From Chiloscyllium plagiosum (lineage: Eukaryota): a stretch of DNA of 51,745 bases. This document shows, piece by piece, positions 10,301 through 22,426 of this stretch. The stretch's first letter is position 1. Each line of letters starts with the position of its first letter. A program made the translations under genes and the position numbers. The notes beneath the pieces were generated by a model. It saw only the letters and a program-made list of their open reading frames with translations, was not told where the DNA came from and ran no database searches. The DNA lies in the NCBI RefSeq assembly GCF_004010195.1, contig NC_057718.1, positions 13,104,201 to 13,155,945 of the forward strand. The letters are read 5' to 3'.

Positions 10301-13199
10301 GGTGCTAGGTTACTTGCTCTCATAATGTACAGCCACCCTTTCAAACATGGATTTCAAAACATTTCTTTCTCATTTGAATGCACAATTTTTCAAAGAAAGC
10401 ACAAAAATAAAAAGACATGTTTTTAAGGTGGAGCTAACAAACTTTGAAAAACATCTAATGGTAAGGGGAATGAAGCAGTGTGTACTTACTGAGTTGGTTG
10501 TACAGGATCTCCAAACACTTGTGCATCCACCCCATTTCTAGGTTCTCTTTTCGGTGAGCAACACTGCCATTTCTTTAAGAAAGTGCAAGCAACTAATGCA
10601 GCAACAACACAGGAATGTAATAACTGTATATCACAATTTCCACAGTGCCTGTCAAGATGGAGTTGCTTTTATAGCAAAACACCAGTGCCAATTCTCGTGA
10701 TATAAAAATGATCCAGCAGAAGGTCATGAACTGGTCAGTGATTGGTGTGAACAAATTAATCTGCTGGGTTTCTCCTGGGTGCTGGATGACAGCTGGTGGT
10801 GAAAGAGGTTGTGCAGGTTAAAATGGCAGTTATGCATTATGGATTACATTTCACAAGCACACAAGTCTAATGTAATTTAATTCCTAGGTGTTTAACAGCA
10901 GTGCATCAATCTGTTGCAAGTGTTGGCAGCCTCATTGACTGTTAAACGGCTAGGATACATAAAATCAAGTGGATATCGACATGATTTCTCATGTGATCAC
11001 AGCAGTGATTGCAAAGGGATTGTACTACAAAATAAGCCTGACCATAATTATATAGAGCTTGGCTAGTCCACACCCAGAGCACTGTGATCAGCTTTGGCCT
11101 GGCTTGGGTCACCAAACTCGGACAATTTGAAACCCTTTAAAATTGGTGCGTGGGTCCCAGTTTCGGGATTACAGACACCATTCCAAGAGTTCCTGATTGT
11201 CATCAGTGTCTTTTGAAGGTGTGGGTTGAATTGGATGATGAACATGTATCTGGTACCCCCAACCTGGCCAGCTAAATTGCGAGAATTGGCAATATCCTAA
11301 TCATCTGCAATTGGGCCATCTTCTGAAGTAGTCATGGTTCACATAAAATATAAATAAACTATAAGAAACTAGAAAATAAACTGTTAATATTTCTGATTTG
11401 AAGAGGCTTTATCATGTGATTTCTTGAAAACAAAACGTTTAAGGGGCTGAACTATAGAAGAAATGAGCTATGTTAACTTTGGTGAGTTTCATGGAGGATT
11501 CCAACCATGAGTCCTAGCGAAATTTCTTATTTTACTGTCTGAAACTCATCTTTGGTGAGTACTCATCATTGACTGGACCTCCCGGCACCATTTTTAATGC
11601 CCAACTGTTTATCAGGTCAAGATGTGCTAGTGAAGAGTTGCCCTTTACTGTGCACATAGTGGGAGAGGAATGATAAAGAAATGCCTCTCAGGATACGTAA
11701 GCATGGTTGACATCTATTACAAATACAAGTATACATTTGTAAATGTATTGTTATTTAAGAACCATGGTGCACACGTTACCCATTCTTAGCCTCATCCCAT
11801 GTCTGAGCAAGTGCTATTCTCCCCCTAGCTCTAAGTGTAGTTAACATTTTAGTCATGCTAACCATTGGCCCACATTGACCCCATCAAAGCCAGGGTGTTT
11901 ATGGCAAATGAAACCCTCAACGCCAAGCAGTAACTGATGTCTTTCGATGTACCAGTGTCTATTCCTACCTTCAATGTTAAGTTGTCCTTCCTTCACAATC
12001 AATGACCACTTTGCATCCCAGCAGGCTGCCTCCAATCCCCACAACCGACTTCCCAAACTTCCCAACTGTTGACAGATCAAATGCCAAATAACCTCTGTGG
12101 AGCTCCATGACTGACTTACCACAAATCACCCAACTGGTTACACAGGATCTACAGAACTGACTGTGGCCCACCCTGAAGTGTAAAGCTACAGGCCACTGAT
12201 CCTGACCACTCTGAGTGGCCAACTGACCATGTCCAAGCTCTTCGGCTGTTTGCAGAAGACACTCATGACTAACAGTGTTGGGACAAACTAACTAAAGGTC
12301 GTTTTCATGGTTTGACTGAGGACTACTCCCTATAGACTTTGAGACATTGATATTTGATTGAAGCATGTGCAGTGTATTTGCCACGGCTATTGGCTACTGG
12401 CACATAGTACAGGTGTGAGATAAATGTACTATGGCGGCATACAACAACATGTCCACCCCTTTAATTGATTACTGTTGACAACCAAGACAAGCGGCCTAGC
12501 TTTATGTCTCTGCTAAATGGCAAAGTAAAGCTTGCTTTAGCTGAGGGAGCAAAACACAAAAAGGCAAAGCAAGGCAGAAATGCTGTGAACATACAAGTAA
12601 ACGTAGAGTGACTGAGTGAATGCTAAGAAAGCAAGCAAGAAGCCCTAGATGTAGTCTTGTTCAATCAATGAATTGGGTGCCTGACCCTGTGCCTTTCCTG
12701 GCAGCAACATTACAATGAAAGGTGCCAACACATTCAAAAGTATAGCACAGATGTGGAGAATTGTATTTTAAATGGATCGGATATGAGTCATGAGGGTGTG
12801 ACGAGGCTGGTACATATCCAATGCCAACATTATTGGATGGGAGAGTGCAGGCAGTCAGGATCCATGGAATGTGCCCTTAGATGTTGGAGATTGGTGTCCA
12901 AGAAGAGGCCCAGAGGAGCAAACAGTGAGGTGGAATCACTTAATATTCCCTCTGGCTTTCATGTCACGAATTGTCACCGTCTCACTCCTATCCAGGGGTG
13001 GGAGCGAGAATGGGAAATAGAATATAGATGAAATGAGATTACACGATCATGGCATACTAATTCATGCAAATGGTTGCAAGTTGAATTCCACCTTCTCATT
13101 AACAAGATTCTTGCTTGCTGTTCAAAATGCGGTTAAAGAATCATACATTGTCCTCTCACCAGGAATCTAATTTCTGATAATCTCATTTTATTTTCTGAA

Positions 13200-14113
13200 C
13201 TGACTTGCCAATGCCCATGTTGTTGAAGTTCCTAGAAAGTTCTGTCCAAACGATCAGAGAACTGCGAGTTATCTTTTGTTTACTGGAAAAGGAAATAATT
13301 TGTGGAGAATTAAAGTCCAATAAAATGTTTAAGATGTGGATTTTATGGCCCTTAATTGCAGGACAAACAGACTTGGGAAAAATTCTAAAATCTGAACTGT
13401 TTGTTGCTTAGCAACAGCCTCTGGCATCATGTTGCTGCTGGTTTTCACAGGCCCAGAGAGATTAATTGTTGCAGAAATTTGCAGCAGAGGGCAATTCTCT
13501 CTCAATTAGCAAGAGATAGATCTCAAATCAAAACCAGCTAAAAGTTTTCGCTCAGTGAAGTAGTTTGAAAACTTGATAAAGTTTCAAATATCAGAATTTG
13601 TAACATTTTCTCATCTGAATCTCAAATCTAGTCTGAAAATCTTTCATTATTCTCTGCCTGTCAGCAATTTGATCTTGTCAACAGGGAATAAAATAGAATA
13701 GCATTTACTGTCAGGGAATGGAAAGAACTGCAAGAACTCAAACAACTGCATCTTATGGTTCTGCATCCTTGGTTTGCACAGGTGTTGTTCCTTTTGCCTT
13801 TTCCCCTCCAAATTCGTAATCTCACTACAAAATTGGGTTGTCTTGACTTGTGTATGAATATGTATGATTGGGATTAAGATGATAGATTTTAATTTGGGTG
13901 AGTAGTTTAGCTAATAAACAGTTTTGATATTTGTAGAAAGAATAATTTTGCTTATAAGGTATAAAATATTTTTGTGTTCACTGAAGCAACCCAGAAAAAA
14001 GCCTTTTTTGTTCTGGATAATATAACTGGTCATTTTGGTGATTAAATGGTATGGCTCATGGGGTAAGTGGGGCTTGATTGCCAGCACACATGCTTCCTGT
14101 CAAAGTTGTAACA
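13200..14113 (+). mobile_element. Probable degraded LTR
   Basis: Ends in gttgtaaca with similarity to the 8870-8915 minus-strand terminus. The 5' boundary is uncertain. Confidence 0.35.
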
Positions 14114-14631
14114 ACAACACTTAAGCAATATCGAGATGAGGGTTTGCATCAGGGAACTTTTTGAAAGGCGAATCCACAAGTTCTGATTCATAACCCTTTA
14201 TGAGGCTTTGGCACTTCCATGTGCGCTCACCCACTATACGTTGTATGGAAGCTCTGAAACCTGCAGTCACAATGGAACAGAAACGAAAAGAATTTGACAT
14301 CTCTTACCCTTATGTAAACAAAGGGGAGGGAGTGAATGCTTGTGGATGTATTGCCAATCAAATGGTCTGCTTTGTATTGGATGGTGTCAAGCTTCCTAAA
14401 TGTTGTAGTAGCTGAACACATCCAGGCAAGTGGGTAGCATTCCATCACACTCCTGACTTGTGCCTTGGAGATGGTGGACAGGCCTTGTGGAGTCGGGAGG
14501 GCAGTTACATGCTGCAGCATTCCTAGCCTCTGACCTGCTCTTGTAGCCACTGTAATTATATGGCATGTCAAGTTGAGTTTCTGGTCAATGGTAAACCCCA
14601 GAATGTTGACAGTGGGTTTCAGTGATAGTAA

Positions 14632-15323
14632 GTGAGGCAGGTAGGGGGAACCGGAGTTCAGGAGTGGAGGAGCCTCAGCCCTTGACCTTGTCCAACAGGT
14701 ACGAGATTCTTGCTCCCTGTTCGGATGAGGAAAAGGGCTCTGGACAGGATGAGCCAACTGACCAAGGCACCATGGTGCAGAAGGCCATTCAAGAGGGGGG
14801 AGCTAATAGACAAGTAGTGGTTATAGGGGATTCTATAATTAGGGGGACAGATAGTATCCTTTGCAAGCCGGATCGGGAGTCTCGCATGGTGTGTTGCCTG
14901 CCCGGTGCCAGGGTGCGAGACATCTCCGACCGGCATGAAAGGATATTGGAGCGGGAGGGGGAGGATCCAGTTGTTGGGGTCCACGTTAGTACCAACAACA
15001 TAGGCAAGACTAGGGTGGAGGACCTGCTTGGGCATTATGAAGCACTAGGCAGGAAATTGAAACACAGGTCCTCAAGGGTCATAATCTCCGGATTACTGCC
15101 CGAGCCACGTGCCAATTGGCATAAGGACAAGAAAATTAGGCAAGTAAACACGTGGCTAAGGGATTGGTGTGGGAAAGAGAGATTCCACTTCATGGGGCAT
15201 TGGAATCAGTTTTGGAACAGGGGGGATCTGTACCATTGGGACGGTCTCCACCTGAACCGATCAGGTACCAATATTCTAGCGAAGAGGATAAATAGGATGG
15301 TCAGTAGGACTTTAAACTTCTGA
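14632..15323 (+). CDS. CR1 ORF1 C-terminal part, GDSL/SGNH esterase domain
   Basis: Motifs VVVIGDSIIRG, CLPGARV, HVSTNNIG, DGLHLN. Confidence 0.85.
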
Positions 15324-15358
15324 GTTGGGGGGAAGGGAAAGTCAAAGCGACAGGGAGT

Positions 15359-18300
15359 ATGGAGGTAAATGGCAAGATAAGCAGCAGGATAGCATGTTTC
15401 CAGGCAGATTTAAAATTGAGGCAGACTGAGAATGCAGTAAAAAGCAAGGATAACTTAGGACATATGACTTCCAACATCTCTAATGATAAGGAAGTTAGCA
15501 TTAAGGCACTTTACCTGAATGCTCGTACCATACATAACAAAGCCGATGAACTAATGACACAGATAATAGTGAATGATTATGATATAGTAGGCATCACAGA
15601 GACTTGGTTACAGGGGGGTCAGGACTGGCAGTTAAACCTCCATGGTTTTTCAACTTATCAAAAAGACAGAGAGGTGGGCAGAGGGGGTGGGGTTGCCTTG
15701 ATAGTTAAGAACAAAATTAAATCTATGATATTGAATGACATAGCGTCGGATGATGTGGAGTCTGTGTGGGTGGAATTGAGAAACCACAAAGGCAAAAAAA
15801 ACATAATTGGAGTTGTGTATAGACCACCTAACAGTGGTCAGGACCAGGGACGCAACATGTACCGGGAAATAGAGAAGGCATGTCAGAAAGGCAAGGTTAC
15901 ATTGATCATGGGAGACTTCAATATGCAGGTGGACTGGGTAAATAATGTTGCTAGTGGATCTAAAGAAAGGGAATTCATGGAATGCTTACACGATGGCTTT
16001 TTGGAACAGCTTGTCATGGAGCCCACAAGAGAGCAGGCTATTCTGGACCTAGTGCTTTGCAATGAACCAGACTCTATAAAAGATCTTAAAATAAGGGAAC
16101 CCTTAGGAAGTAGCGACCATAATATGATAGAGTTCAATCTGGAGTATGAAAGGGAGAACGCAAAATCGGATGTAATGGTGTTACAGTTGAATAAAGGTAA
16201 TTATGAGAGCATGAGAGAGGAACTGACTAAAATAGACTGGAAGCAGAGGCTAACCGGGAAGACAGCAGAGCAAAAATGGCAGGAGTTTGTAGGTATAATT
16301 GAGGACACTGTACAGAGGTTCATTCCCAAGAAAAGAAAGATTAACCGGGGAGGGATTAGACAACCTTGGCTGACAAAGGAAGTCAGGAAATGTATTAAAG
16401 AAAAAGAGACATCCTATAAAGTGGCTAAGAACAGTGGGAAATAAGAAGATTGGGAGGGATACAAAAGCAAACAGAGGATAACAAAGAGTGTAATAAGAAA
16501 GGAGAGGATCAAATATGAAGGAAGGCTAGCCAGTAATATTAGAAATAATAGTAAAAGTTTCTTTCAGTACATAAGAAACAAACGACAGGCAAAAGTAGAC
16601 ATTGGGCCACTTCAAACTGATGCAGGAAGCCTAGTGATGGGAGATAAGGAAATAGCAGGAGAACTTAACAAGTACTTTGCGTCAGTATTCACAGTGGAAG
16701 ACATGAGTAATATCCCAAAAATTAAAGGGTGTCACGGGGCTGAGTTGAGTATGGTTGCCATTACGAAAGAGATAGTGCTAGAAAAATTAAAAAGTCTTAA
16801 AATTGATAAATCTCCTGGCCCCGATGGGATACACCCTAGAGTTCTGAGAGAGGGGGCTGAGGAAATAGCAGAGGCATTGGTTGAGATCTTTCAAGAGTCA
16901 CTGGAGTCAGGAAAGGTCCCGGATGATTGGAAGATGGCTGTTGTAACCCCCTTGTTCAAGAAAGGATCAAGGCAAAACATGGAAAATTATAGGCCAATCA
17001 GCTTAACCTCGGTGGTTGGTAAAATTCTAGAATCCATCATTAAGGATGAGGCTTCTAAATTCTTGGAAGAGCAGAGTCTGATTAGAACAAGTCAACATGG
17101 ATTTAGTAAAGGGAGGTCATGCCTGACAAACCTGTTGGAATTTTTTGAAGAGGTAACAAGTAGGTTAGACCAGGGAAACCCAGTGGATGTGGTATATCTA
17201 GACTTTCAAAAGGCCTTTGATAAGGTGCCACACGAGAGGCTGTTGAGCAAGGTGAGGGCCCATGGTGTTCGAGGTGAGCTGCTGGGATGGACTGAGGATT
17301 GGCTGTCTAACAGAAGGCAGAGAATTGGGATAAAAGGTTCTTTTTCAGAATGGCAGCCGGTGACAAGCGGTGTCCCACAGGGTTCACTGTTGGGGCCGCA
17401 GCTGTTCACGTTATATATTAATGATCTGGATGAAGGGATTGGGGGCATTCTAGCGAAGATTGCCGATGATACAAAGTTAGGTGGACAGGCAGGTAGCACT
17501 GAGGAAGTGGGGAGGCTNNNNNNNNNNNNNNNNNNNNNNNNNNNNNNNNNNNNNNNNNNNNNNNNNNNNNNNNNNNNNNNNNNNNNNNNNNNNNNNNNNN
17601 NNNNNNNNNNNNNNNNNNNNNNNNNNNNNNNNNNNNNNNNNNNNNNNNNNNNNNNNNNNNNNNNNNNNNNNNNNNNNNNNNNNNNNNNNNNNNNNNNNNN
17701 NNNNNNNNNNNNNNNNNNNNNNNNNNNNNNNNNNNNNNNNNNNNNNNNNNNNNNNNNNNNNNNNNNNNNNNNNNNNNNNNNNNNNNNNNNNNNNNNNNNN
17801 NNNNNNNNNNNNNNNNNNNNNNNNNNNNNNNNNNNNNNNNNNNNNNNNNNNNNNNNNNNNNNNNNNNNNNNNNNNNNNNNNNNNNNNNAATGCGAGGTCT
17901 TGCACTTTGGGAAAAAGAATAGAAGCATGGATTACTTTCTAAACGGTGAGAAAATTCGTAAAGCCAAAGTACAGAGGGATCTGGGAGTGCTAGTCGAGGA
18001 TTCTCTAAAGGTAAACATGCAGGTTGAGTCCGTGATGAAGAACGCGAATGCAATGTTGTCTCTTATCTCAAGAGGGTTGGAATATAACAGCAGAGATGTA
18101 CTACTAAGACTTTATAAAGCTCTGGTTAGGCCCCATTTGGAGTACTGTGTCCAGTTTTGGTCCCCACACCTCAGGAAGGACATACTGGCACTGGAGCATG
18201 TCCAGTGGAGATTCAAACGGATGACCCCTGAAATGCTAGGCCTAACATATGATGAACTGATGAGGATCCTGAGATTGTATTCATTAGAGTTTAGAACATT

Positions 18301-18604
18301 GAGGGGACATCCAATACAAACTTACAATAGAATGCATGGCTTGAAAAGGGTGGATGCTGGGTTTTTGTTTCTGTTAGGTGGGGATTCTAGAATCCTTGGG
18401 CACAGCTTTAGAATTAGAGGGGGTCATTTCAGAACAGACATGCGGAGACATTTCTTCAGCCAGAGAGTGGTGGGCCTGTGGAATTCATTGCCACGGAGTG
18501 CACTGGAAGCCGGTACGCTAAATGTCTTCAAGGCCGAGATTGATAGATTCTTGTTGTCTAGAGGAATTAAGGGCTACGGGGAGAACGCTGGTAAGTGGAG
18601 CTGA
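15359..18604 (+). pseudogene. CR1 ORF2 (apurinic endonuclease + reverse transcriptase) with one in-frame stop (TAA 16442-16444) and an assembly gap
   Basis: APE motifs YLNAR, GITETW, VYRPP, GDFN, SDHN. RT motifs [36 protein letters not shown]. Confidence 0.9.
17518..17888. other. Assembly gap (371 N)
   Basis: Run of n characters. Confidence 1.
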
Positions 18605-19380
18605 AATGCGCATCAGCCATGATTGAATGGCGGAGTGGACTCGATGGGCCGAATGGCCTTACTTCCACTCCTATGTCTTATGGTCTTATAGTAACACCAT
18701 TGAATGTTAAGGGACAGTAGTTAGATTGTTTCTTCAGGGAGATGGTCATCATATGGCATATGCATGGCACAAATGTTACTTCCCACTTGTCAGCCCAACC
18801 CTGGATATTTCCAGGGCTTGTTGCATTTGAATACGGACTGCTTCAGTATTTGAGGAGTCTCAAATGATGCTGAACTTTGCGCAATCATCAGCAAACATCG
18901 CCGCTTCTGACCTTATGATGGAGGGCAGATCATTGGTGAAGCAGTTGAAGATGGTTTGACCTAGGACATTACTCTGAGGAACTTCTGCAGAGATATCTTG
19001 GAGGTGAGGTGACTGACCTCCAACAACCATCTTTCTCAGTGCGAAGTATGACTGAACCAGCCCCCGATCCCTACTGGTTCCAGTTTTGCTTGATGCCATA
19101 CTTGTCAGATGTGGCCTCAATGTCAAGGGCTGTCATTCTCACCTAACCTGTGGAATTTAGTTCTTGTGCAATTTTCAGGTAGATGCCAACTGTTCAGGAA
19201 CAGTTAGTTAGGAGTGTGACAAATTTGAGAGCAAAAGTCTTTAGTACTATTGAACGAAAGTTGTTAGGGCCCATAGCCTTTGTAGTACAAGTCATTCTGC
19301 TATAACGTGACAGGTGCATGCCTCTGCAATCTCGCGCTACAGTAAATCGTGCTATGGAAAACTTCCACAGAAAATCATAT

Positions 19381-19685
19381 GGGGCAGCACGGTGGCTCAG
19401 TGGTTAGCACTGCTGCCTCACAGCACCAGGGTCCCAGGTTTGATTCCAACCTCGGGCGACAGTCTGTGTGGAGTTTGCACATTCTCCCCGTGTCTGCGCG
19501 GGTTTCCTCCGGGTGCTCCGATTTCCTCCCACAGTCACAAAGATGTGCAGGTCAGGTTAATTGGCCATGCTAAATTGTCCATGGTGTTAGGTGCATTAGT
19601 CAGAAGGAAATGGGTCTGGGTAGGTTACTCTTCGGAGATTGGGCCGAAGGGCCTGTTTCCACACTGTAGGGAATATAATCTAATC
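19381..19685 (+). mobile_element. HE1-type V-SINE
   Basis: ggcagcacggtggctcagtggttagc (box A), ggtttgattcc (box B), V-domain, tail aatctaatc. Confidence 0.9.
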
Positions 19686-19744
19686 AGAATATTGCTATAC
19701 CCATTCAACAGAAAGTCTGCGTTATCCACACCGCATCCACAATT

Positions 19745-21809
19745 CGGAGAAAGTGATGACTGCAGATGCTGGAGATCAGAGTCGAGAGAGTGTTGTTGGG
19801 AAAGCACAGCAGGTCAGGCAGCATCCGAGGAGCAGGAGAATCAACATTTCAGGCTGGAGCCCTTCATCAGGAACAAGGCTTCTGGGCCGGGGCTGAGAGA
19901 TAAATGGGAGGGGGTAGGTTGGAGGGAAGGTAGCTGAGAAAGCGATAGGTGGATGAAGGTGAGGGAGAAGGTGATAGGTCAGAGGGGGTGTGATGGACGG
20001 GTCCGGAGGGCAGTGCCAAGTTGGAGGCTTGGGACTGGGATAATTTTGGGGGAGGGGAAATGAGAAAGCTGTTGAAATCCACATTTATCCCAAGTGGTTG
20101 CAGGGTCCCAAGGTGGGGATATGAGGCTTGTTCCTCCAGGGGTGGTTTGGTAACAGTTTGGCGGTGGAAGAGGCCCACGACCTGCATGTCCTTGGTGGTG
20201 TGGGAGGGGAGTTGAAGTGGGTTGGCGGGTGCGGGTATCCCAGAGATGTTCTCTGAAACGATCTGCAATTTGGCATCCTGTCTCCCCTATGTACAGGAGA
20301 CCACACTGGGTACAACGGATGCAGTAGGTAACATTGGTAGAGGGACAGGTAGATTTCTGATGGATGTGGAAGGATCCCTTGGGGCCTTGGACGGAGGTAA
20401 GGGGAGTGGTCTGGGCGCAAGTTTTGCACTTCCTGCGGAGGCAGGGAAAGGTGCTAGGTGTGGGCTGGTGGGGGTGCGTGGACCTGACGAGGAAGTCGCG
20501 GAGGGAATGGGCTCTCTGAAACACTGATAAAGGTAGGGAAGGAAATATATCTTTGGTGGTGGGGTCTGTTTGGAGGTGGCAGAAGTGGCGGAGGATGATG
20601 TGATGTATGCGGAGATTGGTGGGGTGGAAGATGGGGACCGGGGGGTTCTGTCCTTGTTTCATTGGGAGGTGTGGAGTTCAAGGGCGGTGGTGCGTGAAGT
20701 GGAAGAGATGAGTTCAGTGGGACGGCGCAGGCTGAGACAATGGGTCGACCGGGGCAGTCAGGTTTATGAATCTTTGGTAGGACGTAGAATCGGGTAGTGC
20801 AGGGTTCACGGTCAATGAAGTTGGAGCCTGTGGGTGGGAGATCCTCAAAGGTGATGAGGTTGTGGATGGTCTGGGAGATGATGGTTTGGTGATGGGAGGT
20901 GAGGTCGTGATCAAGGGGGCAGTAGGAGGGTGTGTCTGTGAGTTGGTACCTGGCTTCAGTGGGGTAGAGGTCAGTGCACCATAGTACTACTACTGCTCCT
21001 CCCCTTGTCTGCAGGCTTGAAGGTGAGGGGGTTGGAGCAGAGGGAGTGGAGGGCTGCGCATTGTGAGGGCGGGAGGTTGGAGTGGGTGAGGTAGGTGGAC
21101 AGGTTGTGGCGATTGATGTCACGGCAACAGTTTGAAATGAAGAGGTCAAGGGTGGGTACAGGCCAGCACGGGTGTCCAGGTGGATGGTGTGTTGGAGGGG
21201 CTAGAAGGGGTCCTCAGTGGGTGGGCGAGTGTTCTGGTTAAAAAAGTGGGCCCAGAGGCAGAGGTGGCAGAAGAAATGGTCGCAGCATGTGTCAAACACA
21301 TTTATCTGGGAACTTAGAGGGATAAAGGTGAGGCCTTTGCTGAGGACTAAACATTCGTCCTCAGGGAGGGGGAGGTCTGGGGGAATGGTGAACACACGGC
21401 AGGGATGAGCTAGGACCTGGAGTGTGGCTGGAGCTGGAGGTGGGGGCAGAGACAGTTGCTTGAGTGGGCGTGATTATAGAGTCAGGAGTGACGTCACCAA
21501 CGGAAGTGACGCTCACGAAGGGGGCAGAAATGAGGCTTATAGCTGTGTCCACAGGGGAGAAAGTGATGTCCCGAGCAATGCTGGCTGCATTTTGATTTGG
21601 TTTTCGGTGGGTGACGTCACTGGTGGCGGAAGTGACGTCGGTGATCAAGGCTTCCATGTCTAGGTGAGTGGTATCATTCGGGGCGGAAGTGGCTGCGGCG
21701 GTGACAACTGCAGGGGCAGAAGTGACGTAAAAAGTAGGCATCGCATCTGTGCTGGGAGCAGCGAAACTAGCAGTAGCAATGGATCCTGCAGTGGTCGGGG
21801 CGGCAGTAG
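19745..21809 (-). mobile_element. Penelope-like element (Neptune-type), frameshifted and internally deleted
   Basis: Minus-strand peptides VLSKGLTFIP, RFYVLPKIHKPDCPGRPIVS, CRRKCKTC-like zinc motif and YCIRCTQCGLLYIGETG (GIY-YIG). A hammerhead-type tail lies at about 19845-19870. TSD gcat(c/t)cacaatt (19733-19744 and 21810-21821). Confidence 0.88.
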
Positions 21810-22209
21810 GCATTCACAATTTGTCAATCATGTTACAGCCAATTCGTGTTGACGAAATGCACATTATACCTGAACGACCTGTATTCAGTGCCTCCGGTGT
21901 TCTTGATATCTTGTAGAGTAAATCAAATTGGCTGACGACTCACATCTGTGATGCTGGTGACCAATGAAGGAGGCAGAAATGAATCATCCATTCGGCACTT
22001 CTGGCTGAAGAATGCTGAAAATGCATCAGCTGGTCTTATGCATTGTTGAGATTTCCCAGCAACGGTTTCATAGTCAGTGGCTTTTTTTTAAGTAAATTCA
22101 CATTTCACTATCTGCCATTGAAGGATTCAAACTAGGACTCCAGAACATTAGTTGAGTTTCTGGATTAACAGCCAAATGATAATACCACTTGGCCATCACC
22201 TCCTCTTGT

Positions 22210-22320
22210 TGGAAAATAGCCTAATTAACCCTAGTCAAAGCAGTTGGAGCTCCCTAATAGTGTTATTACCTCAGCTTGATGATTCAACCAAATTTTGCCT
22301 CAACTATAACAAAGTCAATA
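22210..22320 (+). mobile_element. Gypsy reverse transcriptase remnant
   Basis: LENSLINPSQSSWSSLIVLLPQLDDSTKFCLNYNKVN resembles the Gypsy RT N-terminal motif. Confidence 0.6.
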
Positions 22321-22426
22321 CAGTTTTTGTTGCAAACGTTTCGTCCCCTGGCTAGGCGACATCATCAGTGCTTGGGAGCCTCCTGCGAAGCGCTTCATTG
22401 ATGTTTCCTCCGGTGTTTATAGTGGT
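22321..22426 (-). mobile_element. Penelope pseudo-LTR fragment with intact hammerhead core
   Basis: Nearly identical to the reverse complement of about 29988-30093. The minus strand reads gca-CTGATGA-tgtcgcctagccaggggac-GAAA-CGTT-tgc. Confidence 0.75.

Larger units (their letters stand above)
14632..18687 (+). mobile_element. Young, 5'-truncated CR1 LINE with ORF1 (SGNH esterase) and ORF2 (APE + RT)
   Basis: TSD atagtaa (14625-14631 and 18688-18694), 3' tail ctatgtcttatggtctt, and both ORFs largely open. Confidence 0.92.
19288..21881. mobile_element. Tc1/mariner-pogo-type MITE split by a SINE and a Penelope element
   Basis: TIRs caagtcattctgctataacg (from 19288) and cattatacctgaacgacctg (to 21881; reverse complement caggtcgttcaggtataatg). 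TA lies on both sides (19286-19287 and 21882-21883). Confidence 0.65.
14330..22050 (-). mobile_element. Old non-LTR LINE (RT fragments at 14330-14631, 18688-19287, 21882-22050) hosting nested insertions
   Basis: Minus-strand peptides KAQVRSVMECYPLAWMCSATTTFRKLDTIQYKA and VPQSNVLGQTIFNCFTNDLPS...MFADD. The sequence reads continuously once the insertions are removed. Confidence 0.75.

Noticed and set aside
17206..18053. Long ORFs full of X in the ORF track
   Set aside because: Artifacts of the N gap.
19384..19455. tRNA gene
   Set aside because: It is the tRNA-derived head of an HE1 SINE, followed by the V-domain and LINE-like tail, not a standalone tRNA.
19314..19937. 207-aa plus-strand ORF
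   Set aside because: A chance read-through across the MITE, HE1 SINE and Penelope tail; the same applies to ORFs at 4858-5914.
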